DNA of 64,000 bases. It comes from Bispira polyomma (taxonomy: Eukaryota). Below, one piece after another: positions 41,026 to 53,554 of this stretch. The notes beneath the pieces were generated by a model, which did no database searches, was not told where the DNA came from, and saw nothing but the letters and a program-made list of their open reading frames with translations. Where the stretch lies: NCBI GenBank assembly GCA_965649765.1, contig OZ287749.1, positions 48,422,001 to 48,486,000 on the forward strand, given 5' to 3'. How positions within the stretch are numbered: position 1 is the stretch's first letter; each line of letters starts with the position of its first letter. A program made the translations under genes and the position numbers.

Positions 41026-41442
41026 ACATTGAATGTATGAACACTTGACTGAACAGAAAACACATAGGTCATACATTGAATGTGTGAACACTTCACTGAA
41101 CAGAAAACACATAGGTCATACATTGAATGTGTGAACACTTCACTGAACAGAAAACACATAGGTCATACATTGAATGTGTGAACACTTCACTGAACAGAAA
41201 ACACACAGGTCACACATTGAATGTGTGAACACTTCACTGAACAAAAAACACATAGGTCATACATTGAATGTGTGAACACTTGACTGAACAGAAAACACAC
41301 AGGTTACACATTGAATGTGTGAACACTTCACTGAACAGAAAACACATAGGTCATACATTGAATGTGTGAACACTTGACTGAACAGAAAACACATAGGTCA
41401 TTCATTGAATGTATGAACACTTCACTGAACAGAAAACTCACA
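41026..41442. repeat. Minisatellite, ~9 x 47 bp
   Basis: acattgaatgtgtgaacacttcactgaacagaaaacacataggtcat. Confidence 0.97.
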
Positions 41443-42059
41443 GAAGATAGCATTTTAGGTTGCAGCAGTTGAATTGAAATGATATAATCAAAGTACCTTC
41501 AGAAGTCATATCAGAATTAGAGGGAAATATTATTGTATATTTTTAACAAGTTGGTTACGGTCGCTTTTAAGGTTACCTCGGCAAAGCTATACTCTGTTAT
41601 CAAAGTGATAACACTGACACATGCACCCTAACCTTTTCGCCTGACACACAATTCGGAGTGTTAGTGTACCAGTTTATCAAATGAAAGTCTTGTTTTTTCC
41701 TCTTCATATTCTAAGAATACTTTATGATCATATGCATATTTCTCCCCGGGTTGCAGTGTTTCTTTCCTGTAGAATGTTTTATCAGTAGTAATGTAATGAT
41801 ATTAGCCAGAAAACAAGGGCAGCTTTTTGTTGTATCTACTCTAGATATTTGACAGTCATTCCTAAAACGTTGTGAGTGACAGGACCTATTCATTGGCAAA
41901 CACATCCAAGGGTACATTCCTGCATATATTTTGTAAAACCAAACTAAAGTATTGCTGAAAAGGCTATTGTTTAATATAAGACCCTTATTTTGTCCTCCAC
42001 ATACACAATTTTACATATTCTTGACATAAGGATTTACAACATTTTATGTAAATATTGTA

Positions 42060-42370
42060 AATTTACAAATCTTATGGCAAAAACTGACCCATTTTGTTGA
42101 AACTGACTTTGTCTATTCATTTCAATGATTGATCAATATGAAAGCATAGTAGCATTTACGGCACACACAGACAGAATTTAAAAAAAAATTTAGTGCCACC
42201 TGCACTCTAATATTGTAAAAGGTACAGTATTTGGTTGTAATTATCAAGGTATTAATTTGAAGGAAGTTCGTGACATTGTTTATATGACCTAATAAAATCT
42301 CGATTGGAGTGGTACAGGAGGTATGGTTTACTTTAAGCTCTACCCACTTTTTAAAACCGTCCCAAAACGT
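42060..42370 (-). mobile_element. Degenerate L1/Tx1-like ORF2 C-terminal remnant
   Basis: FWDGFKKWV...EILLG...INTLIITTKY pattern resembles Tx1/L1 C-termini. Confidence 0.5.
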
Positions 42371-43039
42371 TGATTTGATCGTGAGTTGTTTGTCTCTGGC
42401 GAATATTTTATCAGTAGTAATGTAATGGTATAAGCTAAAAATAAAGGTTGTTTTTGTTGTCTCATCTAGATACTCGACAGTCACTGATAAAAAGTCACTC
42501 AGAACCGACTGGCTAACACATTAGCCTTTCACATCAGTCTCTGTGTTGTTAAAAATGATTTATTGCTTACATTTTATAAAACAAAAAAATAAACATGCTG
42601 CGATCTGGCGACAGTTTTTAACGGCTCAAAACATTTTGTGGCAGAGCTACTGATACTCACGAACCAAGATATTTCGATGATAATTTCGGGGCGGCAATTC
42701 GTGTAAATGAGACTTAGGTATAACATTAAGTACCCTTACAAGTAGCAGTATACTTTTCCTAAGCCAGCCAGCCCCCCCCCCCCCACCCCCCCACCCCCAT
42801 TCACAAAGAGACTTAGCCAGAAACAGAAATATACAAAATATTGTGAGCATTTAATCAATAACCTTTACTGTAAAACTGGCATTTTCAACAATTTCGGATA
42901 TACATGTTCAAATTCAACAAACAATATCGTCATCAGGATTTTATTTAAATTATAACTGACCACAAGGTACGTGATACCAACTTTCTGGTGATACCAAAAC
43001 AAACATTTTAGGTGAAGTATTCAGATAGATACAGCCATT

Positions 43040-43200
43040 TAGTCAAGGACTAGGCACAGTAACCCTGATAAATTATATCTTAATATTCCCACTTTCGACC
43101 ATCGCATCCACAAATCCAAAGTACATTTTAATCATTGCCTTGCTCATGATGGCCCCTTCATATGGAACAGCCTGCCTGATCATGTTCGCCTGGCTCAAAC
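43040..43200 (+). mobile_element. Short fragment of the same L2 family as the IYD-intron element, opposite orientation
   Basis: cagtaaccctgataaatt...cgcatccacaaatccaaagt...gctcatgatggcccc...gatcatgttcgcctggctcaaac matches the reverse complement of ~46716-46875. Confidence 0.85.
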
Positions 43201-43516
43201 GTTATGTTATTTTTAATGGTATCCCCTGAAGGAGGACAGAACACAAACACTTGTATGGTGTTTTAGAGAACTTTACTGTATAACTTTGACTGTAAGTAGG
43301 TTAAAAAGGATAACACATGTATCTGGGTCAGTATGTTAACATACAGACACTCCACTACTGTAAGTGACTCCAATTATATGCTTGTTTATTCACCATTCTC
43401 ATAATTACCTCTGTATATTAAAGCTTAAAAAAGAGTCTTTATAATAAGCTATTCTATTTATATTCATCACCTCTATTTTAAGGTTGTCCGACTTTTAGTC
43501 ATCGTTACCTTTGTAA

Positions 43517-43825
43517 AGGACCTTACAAACAGCCGACTACACTACAGGGGACGACACGTCGCTGCACGTACGACAGTAATATACACATCAACCACTTCAC
43601 AGCGACACAACATTTCTTTAAAGATTTCTCCAAGTCAAAGTACAGTGCCGTGTGGTGTGTCCGACTACACAACACTAAACTACGGGTAACGACACGTCAC
43701 TACACATACGACAGTAATATACACATCAACCACTTCACAGCGACACAACATTTCTTTAGAGATATCTCCAAGTCAAATTATAGTGCCGTGTGGTGTGTCG
43801 TGTCGTCAGCGATCTGTAAAGTCCT
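43517..43825. mobile_element. MITE with an internal ~130-bp direct duplication
   Basis: TIR AGGACCTTACA / TGTAAAGTCCT; acgacagtaatatacacatcaaccacttcacagcgacac present twice. Confidence 0.65.
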
Positions 43826-45205
43826 TCAAGGAGGGTATGTTTTTACCAGCATCTCTGGCTTTGTTTGTCACCATTGTCACACAAAATGAAAATTTAGTAT
43901 CGGGATGGGTCCCAAAAAGTTTTACAGAAATTTATAACAGTTTATAGCAGATCCTGGTAAATGTAGATCTACATTGGAGCGTATTTGGATCGGCATTGAG
44001 ATCCGGATAATAATCCGAAAACGAATATTGTGTTGCCTACAATTTGGCGAAAAGCGCTAGCTGGAGTAACGATAAATAAAAATAAAATAAAAGCAATTAA
44101 ACAGACTTTTCTTATATCAATAATCAAGTGCTGCATTTATAGTATAAGATAAGAAGATGACAAGACCATAATAAGACATTTGTTAAAGCCAATATGTACA
44201 CAATAGAAAAAAATTGTTTTTATACATCCTCAGAATTTCATACTAATTTGCAGGTGCCTGCCAGATATCTGATTGGTGGATCCACTTAAAATTATAAATA
44301 AAATGTCTGTACATTATATCCGGACCGGATTGGCTGAAACGGATCCAAATTAAGTATGGACACCCACACTCTTTTATTTGCATAATTCTTCGGGTAGGTA
44401 TGCACTCTATTGATTAGACTGTTAGTTCTATGATGTCTATAAAGATACTTAACCGTTTAATAAATATTGTGTATGCATATTCTTTGTGTAATTTTGTTTA
44501 ATTTTGGTTGGTTAATTATTTATTCTGATTTGCCAAAGTTTTAGAAGATTTAGTCCGCCTGGTTAGAAGATTTATGTAAACTTTTATTGCTGATTGCACT
44601 GGGTGTAAAAATAACTGGCTTCTACAGGCAAAATACAATTAGTAACCCATTTTAAATTTCTTGATACATGCTTCAGCGTCCTACACAGCAAAACCATGCA
44701 CAGTTTATGTTTAATCTATGCTATAATTGTCAAGGAAATCAATGAAGTAAAGGACACTTTCACTTATAAAAACAGAAACATACATATATACAAAATATAG
44801 CCCTCCATAAAGTTTGACGTAAATCTGTTCCCTGGTTGTTGTTTTTTTGGTATGTTTTTTTCTCCTCATACTGCCGACAAACAAACAAAACACAAAGATA
44901 AACCAGCAGACGGGACGGAAAACAGAACATCTTCGGTGATGGAAGTGGATATCTGACTTGATGTAGAGATCATAAAGAAAATACCAATGGTTGTGTTTTG
45001 GTTGTCCAAATTATACAAAAAAATTTCTGGTGGCGACCTTTTCAAAATGAAATACAATATAGGCGTGTATGTGGGTTTCTGTGAAGTGTGTACATGCCTT
45101 TAGAAAGAAAAGATTTGGGGTCGGTCGTTTTCTTTTTACACTGAGTCACTTGTGTTGTTATTTTGTCTTCACGATTTCACCTACAAACACACACACACAT
45201 GTGTG

Positions 45206-45241
45206 TATATAAAGTAGACTACTTGGTCACATAACTATCAG
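45206..45241 (+). promoter_or_regulatory. Putative IYD core promoter (TATA box plus Inr)
   Basis: TATATAAA at 45206-45213, TCAG Inr-like about 30 nt downstream, ATG at 45288. Confidence 0.5.
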
Positions 45242-45287
45242 AGAAGGCTACGGTTTTAGACACGCAGAGACAGACAGAAAATAAATC

Positions 45288-45629
45288 ATGTGGCACATGT
45301 TAGAGGAATATGCTCCTTTCCTAAGTAAATATGGCTTAGCCATACTACCCATTGTTCTAGGAGCAGTGACCTACTGGTTTTACACCACCTTTGGTAAGAC
45401 CAGGGAACCAAAAGAGTCCCAGAATCACCCTAACGACGGCGCCACGCCACCTTTTAACAATGCTGCCGCGCCGGGTGACGCCTATTTGGTGAACGGAACT
45501 ATCTTAAAATCTACCGACTATGACCCTCGGATCTACGATGAAGATAATCACGTGTTTCAGGATAAAGTGGATGAATTTTTAAATTCCGACAATAACCACC
45601 CGATACATGATGAAGGGAACCAGCGTCAA
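45288..45629 (+). CDS. IYD: Iodotyrosine deiodinase exon 1 (N-terminal membrane anchor and acidic linker)
   Basis: Hydrophobic YGLAILPIVLGAVTYWFY segment, acidic linker, strong donor CAA|gtaagt in phase 0 matching exon 2; assignment by position, phase and expected IYD architecture. Confidence 0.8.
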
Positions 45630-46488
45630 GTAAGTTTGGATTTTTTTTATTTTTTTTTTTTTTTAAATATGAAATTAGAATTCTATGCCCTGATCCCTAA
45701 AAAAGTGTTTTGTTTTTTTTGTAAACAAAATAATTGTGATGTGGTAATTCTAATGATAGTTGATCTAAGTTATTAGTCAACATGCTATAGTGACTAATAG
45801 TAATATAAGATATAGAATTCTACCCCCCTTGGTGTTCATATGTTATTTAAATGTTAAGCAATAGTTTGTTTTTGTAACTTTTAAAATAAAAAGGTACAAG
45901 GTCGCTACCGATACTTGTCTGATATGACGTAATTGATTAAATTTGAAGGTAAAAATTTTATTGGCAGTTTCTTTTTTTTTCCAATTGTACTTCCCATCTT
46001 ACATTATTGGTGAGTTAGTAGAAGGTAGTCAGTTAGGTTAAAGATTACAACAGTTGTTGGCGAACAACACGTTGTTTTCCACATAGAGCCAGTTAGATTT
46101 AAATACACTTCCACTTTTCATAACAGCCACCAAATGAAGGCTTACAAGACACGAAAGACAATTAAACTATAAAGGAAGTGTAATATAAATGTACTTTACA
46201 GTATAAGGAATGTGACAAACTTGTATCTAATTACCCAGTTCCTGTCAGATTAGTAAAAATCTTTTTAACAATGTTATTGATAACACAGTATAAATCTTTT
46301 ACCATGTCATTTCTAACAGTATATACATATTTTACACAATGTCATTTACTTGATAGTGGCACCCCTTCATTGACACATTTACTGTGACAAAACAGTATCT
46401 AATTACCTATTTCTGTCAAATTGGCAATAAAATCTATTACACTGTAATTTACAATACTGGATTAAACTTGAACTATGTAATTTACTGG

Positions 46489-49400
46489 ATCTAATCTAAT
46501 CTAATCTAATCTAATCTAGTCGTACTTTTATAGCACTTAATCTTTGTACAACAAATTCTAAGGCGCAACAAACCCAAAACGTTACTCGAAAATCAAAAAT
46601 AGTGGGCCGATGGAAGTCGTAACCAGGGAGACTACCGTAAATGGTTGCGACGGCTAAGGTGGAAAAGCCTGTTCAAAAAGATAGGCCTTCAGCTTACTCC
46701 TGAAAGAGGAGAAAGTTTGAGCCAGGCGAACATGATCAGGTAGGCTGTTCCAACTGAGGGGGCCATCATGAGCTAGGCAGTGATTGAACTGAACTTTGGA
46801 TTTGTGGATGCGAGGGTCGAAAGTGGGAATGTTAAGGTATAATTTATCAGGGTTACTGCGCCTTGTTCTGACTGAGCATGTATATTTGGATAGATGGGGG
46901 CTAAAATAAGTGGGTAATCCAGAATTTAGAAATTTATATATTATTGTTGCTGTTTTGAAAGCAACACGTTATTTTATTGGGAGCCAGTGCAGTGACTTGA
47001 GTACAGGAGTAATGTGGGAAAATTTAGAAGTTTTGGTCACAATACGTGCCAATGAGTGTTGGATATTCTGAAGGCGTCTGAGATCACTACGAGATAAGGA
47101 ACGGAACAGAGAGTTGCAGTAATCAAGCCTGCTGCTGACCAAAGCATTGGCAACAGTGATTGCAGTGGATTTGGAAAGATAGCATTGAATCCGCCTGAAA
47201 TCACGGAGGCCAACAAAACATGATCTACACACCGATGCGACATGGTTAGAGAAGGAGAATTCAGAGTCGAACACCACACCCAGGTTTCGTACTTTGTCAG
47301 TTGGAAAAAACCTGCTACCAAGAATGTCAAGTGGAAAACAGCTGGACAATTTTTTCCGTTGCGACTTGGAGCCAAACAAAATAAACTCAGTCTTCTCAGG
47401 GTTCAGCTTGAGTTTATTTGCTGCCATCCAGTGTTGTACATCAACAAGGCAGTTCTGTAAGGAAGTGAAAGCTGCCTGGGCAGAGTCAGGTGTAAGGTGG
47501 ATGTACAGTTGGGTATCATCAGCATAGAAGTGAAAGTTTATGTTTTTGTATGCAGCAATAATCTTGCTGAGTGGAGTGGTGTACATGGAAAACAAAATGG
47601 GACCCAGGATGGAACCTTGGGGAACACCAAATTTTAACCATGTTGGGTCGGATAAGATATTGCCAATTTTGACTGATTGGAATCTATCAGACAAATATGC
47701 CGTGAACCACTTAAGCGCCATACCGCTGATACCGAACCAAGACGATAGGCACTCAAGAAGAACTTTGTGATCAATAGTATCAAAGGCTGCTGACAGATCC
47801 AGCAGTACTAAGGCAGTAGGCATACCTTTGGATAAAGATGTATGAACATCATTTTTGATGCAGAGAAGTGCAGTCTCAGTAGAATGACCACTTTTGTACG
47901 CTGACTGATACTTATTGGACAGATTGCTGACGTGAACATGTTGTTTGATCTGTAAGGCAACCGCGCGTTCTACCAACTTAGAGATGGAAAGACACCATTT
48001 AACAACGAGAGGTCGATAAGTTTTGTGATTGAGGGCAATAAAATGTCAATACATTCTTCGACAAGGAATGTGGGCCACGGATCTAGCAAGCAAGATTTTA
48101 TGGGTGATGCCAGTATAATTTTCCTGACTTCATCAACAGTTACTGTGGAGAAACAGTTGAAGACGGTTGGTGGAACTGTTTGTAAAGGGGCATTTGGGGC
48201 AGCTAATGTAAAACTGTCACGGATTCTGGTAATTTTATCAGTGAAAAAAGTACTAAAAATGTTTGCCAGTGATTTGCTATTGGAATTTTTGGGTAGTATA
48301 GTCTGTTTTTTACGGTGGAGGGTGCTATTTAGTTTTTGCCAAAGTTTCTTCGGGTCACCCTCGCTTTGTGATATCATGTTGGCATAGTAGGCATGTTTTG
48401 AGTCATTTATAGTGTTGTTGCACCGGGTGATCCATTGGCGTAGTCTAGATCTATTTGTAGTAGTTTTGTTTCGGCGCCATGTTCGTTCGGCTTGTCTGCG
48501 CAGCATCTTCATTTCACGATAATTACTGGTGATCCACTCAGGTGCCGGCTTCTTCAATGTCTTTGATTTACATGGCGCATGGCGTTCTATAAGAGACTGC
48601 AGGTCAGCGCAGTACTGTGTGTATAGGTCAGTGGCATTATCAGCAGGAGACTTGACGAAGGCCGTATCTGCCAACTCTCGTCTAAGGTCAGACATATTGA
48701 TTTTTTGAAATTGCCGAAAAGTGATTTGTGTGACATCCAAAGATGGTGGGGAGGGAGCATCAATTTCACAGGATATCGAAAAATGATCACTGATGCAACC
48801 AATGTTTTTTATGTTTCTGATACTGTTGAAATCAGTCGGAGTTAGCAAGCAGTCTAGTGTATGCCCATGAATATGGGTAGGGAAGTTTATGTGTTGGGTA
48901 AGATTGCAAGATTCCAAAACTGTGGAAAACCGATTACTATTTCCAGATGCGGTGTCTATGTAAATATTAAAATCCCCACAGAATACAGTAGGAGAGGGTA
49001 ACGAGCAAGTAAACCCAACAAAAGACATGAATTCTTCGAAAAATGTAGTGAGATTTGAGCCAGGAGGCCGATAAACTGTTGCAAAATTTAAACAGTGGTT
49101 TTTCCAGTGAGCAGAGACAAGGATGAGTTCGAAAGATGTAAAACTTGGTGTAGCAACTAATCGACATTCATAGTTTTTCTTAATAAAAAATCCCACCCCC
49201 CCCACCCTGTTTACCTACACGAGGGGTATGGAATAGCTGAAAGTCAGCTGGGGTAAGTTCAGAGATGAATGATGGAGTATCAGAACTCCTAATGTGTGTT
49301 TCTGTGATACCGAAAATATCTATGGAGGATGAGTCGATCAAATCGGCTATGACAGGGCCTTTATTCCGCAATGGGCGGGCATTTCCAAATCCGAACTGGA

Positions 49401-50069
49401 TTGGGCCAGGGTTGCTAGCGATATCACCTGCCAGTAGGATTGTAATAAGTTTGAATGAACTAGCCTTTTGTGGATAATTGATTGGGCAAAATTTAGACCG
49501 GGAGTAACTGTGTGTATGAAGAGACCAGAAATGTGGGACCGGATGGCAGGACAAATTGTTTTCTTCCAGGTGGTATTGCATTGCCAATGAATTAGACAGT
49601 GTGGAGTTGTTGCGGTAGTAAAACAGAAGGAGGGACAGGTACATGACAGTCGCCCTAATGACAAACATATTGTAAGGGGAGGAGTGAGATACAAGAATAA
49701 CAACAGTAAAAATATATAGTGGTGATGGACAGTAATAGGTGTTAGTATTCAGTACAAAAGGTGTACCGAACACAAAAAGTTATAGTATAAAAAAAAGTTA
49801 CAGTATAAAAGATAAAAATAACAACAGCCACAGACAATATATATATATATAGTGGTAATGGGCGATAATAGGAGATAGTTTTCAGTATCTCCCAAACTGC
49901 AAAAAAAAAAACAAATGTTGTACAAAGATTAAACATAAAATGACAAAAAGATTATATGCTAACTTGTGAGGAGTAATTTCGAGTAAACAAAGCCAAAAAA
50001 GTGGGTATAATAGACTAGATTATGTTGAATTTTCAAATTTCCGACGAGACGCCGCCACAACCGGAAGTC
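46489..50069 (-). mobile_element. Near full-length L2/CR1-group LINE (APE + RT, no visible ORF1) in IYD intron 1, antisense
   Basis: 5' GACTTCCGG; APE motifs GITETH, YRPP, GDFN, THIHGHTLD, SDH; RT motifs LLDLSAAFDTIDH, GVPQGSILGP, YADDTQLY; ORF end at 46654; 3' stem-loop and (TTAGA)n tail; breaks at ~49200, ~47975 and 46969. Confidence 0.95.
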
Positions 50070-51789
50070 AATAGTGACTCCCATTCGGTAACAAAACAGT
50101 ATCTAATTACCTACTTTCTGTCATACTTGATAGTGACTCCCTTTCATTTATATATTTACTACAAAAAAAAAACCAACCACGTTGATCTCTGAAGACGAGG
50201 TATTATATTTATATAAATAAATTATATTTTACACGTGTTTACAAACGTCTTTACACTCGCCCATAAAAAGAAATGTAATGATTTAAAAAAGTACCTTTGT
50301 CGCAATAGCAATGTGACCGGTTTTTTAAAAAGCTACATCTGAAGACAAGGGTAGCATTTGAGAATGACATAATGATGACAAAATGAATTAACACAAACAT
50401 GCAGAAATGGACACGCTAGTTATCAGCATATGACGAGAGCTTTATTAAAATTCAGTGTTCAAACGATGGCAATTCTTTATTCAATATATGGTCCATTCAG
50501 CATCATTGAAAGTGTTATTTAAGAACCCCATACCCCCGAGTGCCTACTACTTTACAGATGATTACAAATTCATTCTATATAAGCTCAAGTAGAAAACAAC
50601 ATAATGTTTACAGTTTATCATAACCATGAAACATGTATGCATATAATGTTATTTAAATATAAAATAACTACCACTTGATAGACATAATAAGCTTTGAAAA
50701 ACAGAAAATCAAAAGTTGAAGGTTTTGATAACTATTTATGTGCCTGCGTCTGATATCGGTTTTGTAATATTATGTTTTTTGATATTATAATGTCTTGTCA
50801 TTGTCAAGTTTATTTAAAGTGACATATAAGCCCCTGCTAAAGTGCTTAGATGTCTTCAAGTTTGTAATGATTTAGAAATGTATATACCATTTTTTGTATG
50901 ATGCACAAATCGATCAATAAATAATCAAAAAATAATCAACCTTAAACTTCTTTGTTATTATTGTCTTTGTCTTTACAACAATAACAAGAAAACAATTTTG
51001 TTTATTTTACAACCTGTGATTGCAAAAATATATTTTAAATTTACTGGAGATTTTTATTAAGATAGGTAGTGTCCTACAAGGGGAAACTGTCATTTAGTTA
51101 CAACGGGTAATAAAAAACTGTCAGGAGAGACTTACAAGAACTTGTCAAGGCTAATACTATGTTGTATTAAGATTTGTACTTATGATTTCCAAAAGAAATG
51201 TGGACACTTTTTGTCAGGACATTTCAGCTTATTTTCTGGACAGACAATCTAAGTGTGGAAAAAAGGTTAAAAATGATTTATCATGGTGACTAATAGTGTT
51301 ATTGAATGTAATTTATTTTTAGCGGAGTGAAGTAGAAATTCTGACAACTGACTTTAGAATGTTTGACAGAAGTAAATAATATATAGTTGTCAATAACAGG
51401 AAATTAGTCAGCAGTAAATATACGACTCTTGTTTTTTGGACTGTTTTCATGTACATGTATTTCCTTGACCATACCCATTTATTGTAATTTCCCTTTGATT
51501 ACCTGAAAAATTATGATGTAAGTTTATTTTTTTACCCTTAGGATAAGCAGGAAATACTATACAAACATATATTACACAGTTGTGTGAAATTTTCATATTT
51601 TAGTGGCCACCTTAAATGCTATGATTTTTACAAATATTTAATTTTTTTTTAAAGAAATATAGCAATTTCGACACTATTTTCTTCCTATGGGCACTGATAT
51701 AGGAAGTACTATAAAAACATATATCAAATTGTGAATTTTTACGTGGTAGTCATTACAATATAGTGTTTGGCTTCTGTTTGTACACACAG

Positions 51790-51940
51790 GTTCCCTATCA
51801 CCCTGTCACATACCCAGTGGAGGAGATGATCCGACGCTCTAAGGACTTCTACCAGGAAATGAACTGTCGTAGATCGGTGAGGTTTTTCAGTGATAAGCCT
51901 GTACATAGAGATGTCATTGACAACATCATCTGGACTGCAG
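51790..51940 (+). CDS. IYD: IYD exon 2
   Basis: acacag|VPYHPVTYPVEEMIRRSKDFYQEMNCRRSVRFFSDKPV..VIDNIIWTA-G|gtatac; nitroreductase-fold FMN-binding RRSVR motif. Confidence 0.95.
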
Positions 51941-52063
51941 GTATACAGGCTTCTGCTGTTTTCTAGCTGAATATTCATGGAATGAATCACCCCTAAAGAC
52001 TCATTAGATTAGATTAAAAAGGTGGCCATCAGAGAAATATTTTTGTTTTTGTGTCAATTTTAG

Positions 52064-52380
52064 GCACATCCCCCAGTGGGGCTCATACTGAACCCTGGAC
52101 GTTTGTGGTGATCAGCAACCAAGGCATCAAGTCCAAGATCCGGGGCATCATTGAGGCAGAAGAACAGCTGAACTATGACAGGAGGATGGGAGAGACGTGG
52201 GTGGAAGACTTAAAGAAGCTAAGGACTAACTGGGAGAAGCCTTACCTGGAGAATGCACCTTACCTCATTGTGGTCTTCAAACAGTCCTACAGTCTCTCGT
52301 CTGGGGACGGTCGTAAGAACCACTACTACAGCGAAATCAGTGCCTCCATCGCAGTGGGCTTGTTGTTAGCGGCCATTCAG
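52064..52380 (+). CDS. IYD: IYD exon 3
   Basis: ttttag|[16 protein letters not shown]...[28 protein letters not shown]...[20 protein letters not shown]|gtaaaa; halotyrosine-binding E/Y/K residues present. Confidence 0.96.
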
Positions 52381-53368
52381 GTAAAATTTATACCGAGGAA
52401 CACTGTATCGTGTTTATCTAATGCAATGAAAAAGCTCCATAATGCAAAATTGGTATCCAGGTATGGTCTAAGGAGTTAACTGTCTGAATTAGTCCAGATA
52501 CACCATAGGTTTCTGAAGGAAGGTGTAGAGTGTGTACTGAGCAAAATCTCAAGGAGCATAAGACTGTCTGAAAAGGTATGGCTTTAGATTTCGCTCGACT
52601 ACGTGTCTGATTAAGGATGTCAGTTTGTTCAACTTACATAAATCCATTCGTAAAACGACGACTACCAATAATACTTTGAGACTGAGAGTCTCTTTCCTCT
52701 TGTATTGATTCCTTGTATTCAACTTTATATGATAATTAATGCTGATGAGACTTTTCTTGACTGTCCAGGTACTGCCCACCATCACCAGTTATATCAACCA
52801 TTCACCTTACCACAAATAGATACTTTAGGATGACCAGTTATCAACATCCCCAAGGTTCTTTAGCCTGTCAATGGGGATAAAACCAAATGTCAGAGAACCG
52901 CCTTTTCAAGTGGTCATCTAAGCCACTATGTGTCTGCTTGTACTTGGTTACCTAAGTTTTCTTTCCAAATAATGCTGCAGTGGAAAGTTTAGCTGGAATT
53001 CAGTTTCAATACTTACACAATTTATATTGGAAAATGGTAGGTTAAATTATGAGCTGTATCTTAATGAAAAAGATCAATGGAGGTTTACATTTCACATGTA
53101 TCTAACTCTTTAATTTTCTCATGTAACTTTGTAATAGGCAATATAGGAGTGCACTATGGTTTTTATGTGCACAGTTTGTCTTTACAAATAAACTTCATTA
53201 CGAAGTTTACCAAAATTACCGAGTAAGAAAGAAAATATCATAATGCACTTAGTACAACTAATGGGTTTGTCAGGTCTGACCTTTGCTTAGTATTGCTTCA
53301 ACTAGTGACATGGCACTGTTCAAACAATCAGCCAATGATAAACCACTGTAGACTTATTTTAATTTTAG

Positions 53369-53554
53369 CATGCAGGTCTGGTGACCCTGACCAGTACCCC
53401 TATGAATGCTGGACCCAGACTAAGGAAACTACTCAACAGACCCTTGGAAGAGAAAGTCTTGCTACTTTTACCAGTCGGTTACGCCTCTGAGGATGTCACT
53501 GTGCCAGATTTACACAGGAAGCCTCTGGAGAACATTATGGTAACTGTGGACTAG
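53369..53554 (+). CDS. IYD: IYD exon 4 (not in ORF track)
   Basis: ttttag|[61 protein letters not shown]; typical IYD C-terminus; AATAAA at 54771 and 54919. Confidence 0.95.
   Translation, partial: HAGLVTLTSTPMNAGPRLRKLLNRPLEEKVLLLLPVGYASEDVTVPDLHRKPLENIMVTVD

Noticed and set aside
41026-41442. CRISPR-like appearance of the 47-, 51- and 45-bp arrays
   Set aside because: No unique spacers, no cas genes, eukaryotic context; these are plain tandem repeats
46489-46519. (TTAGA)n as an interstitial telomere
   Set aside because: Directly follows L2 3' UTRs at three sites; it is the LINE tail, not TTAGG/TTAGGG
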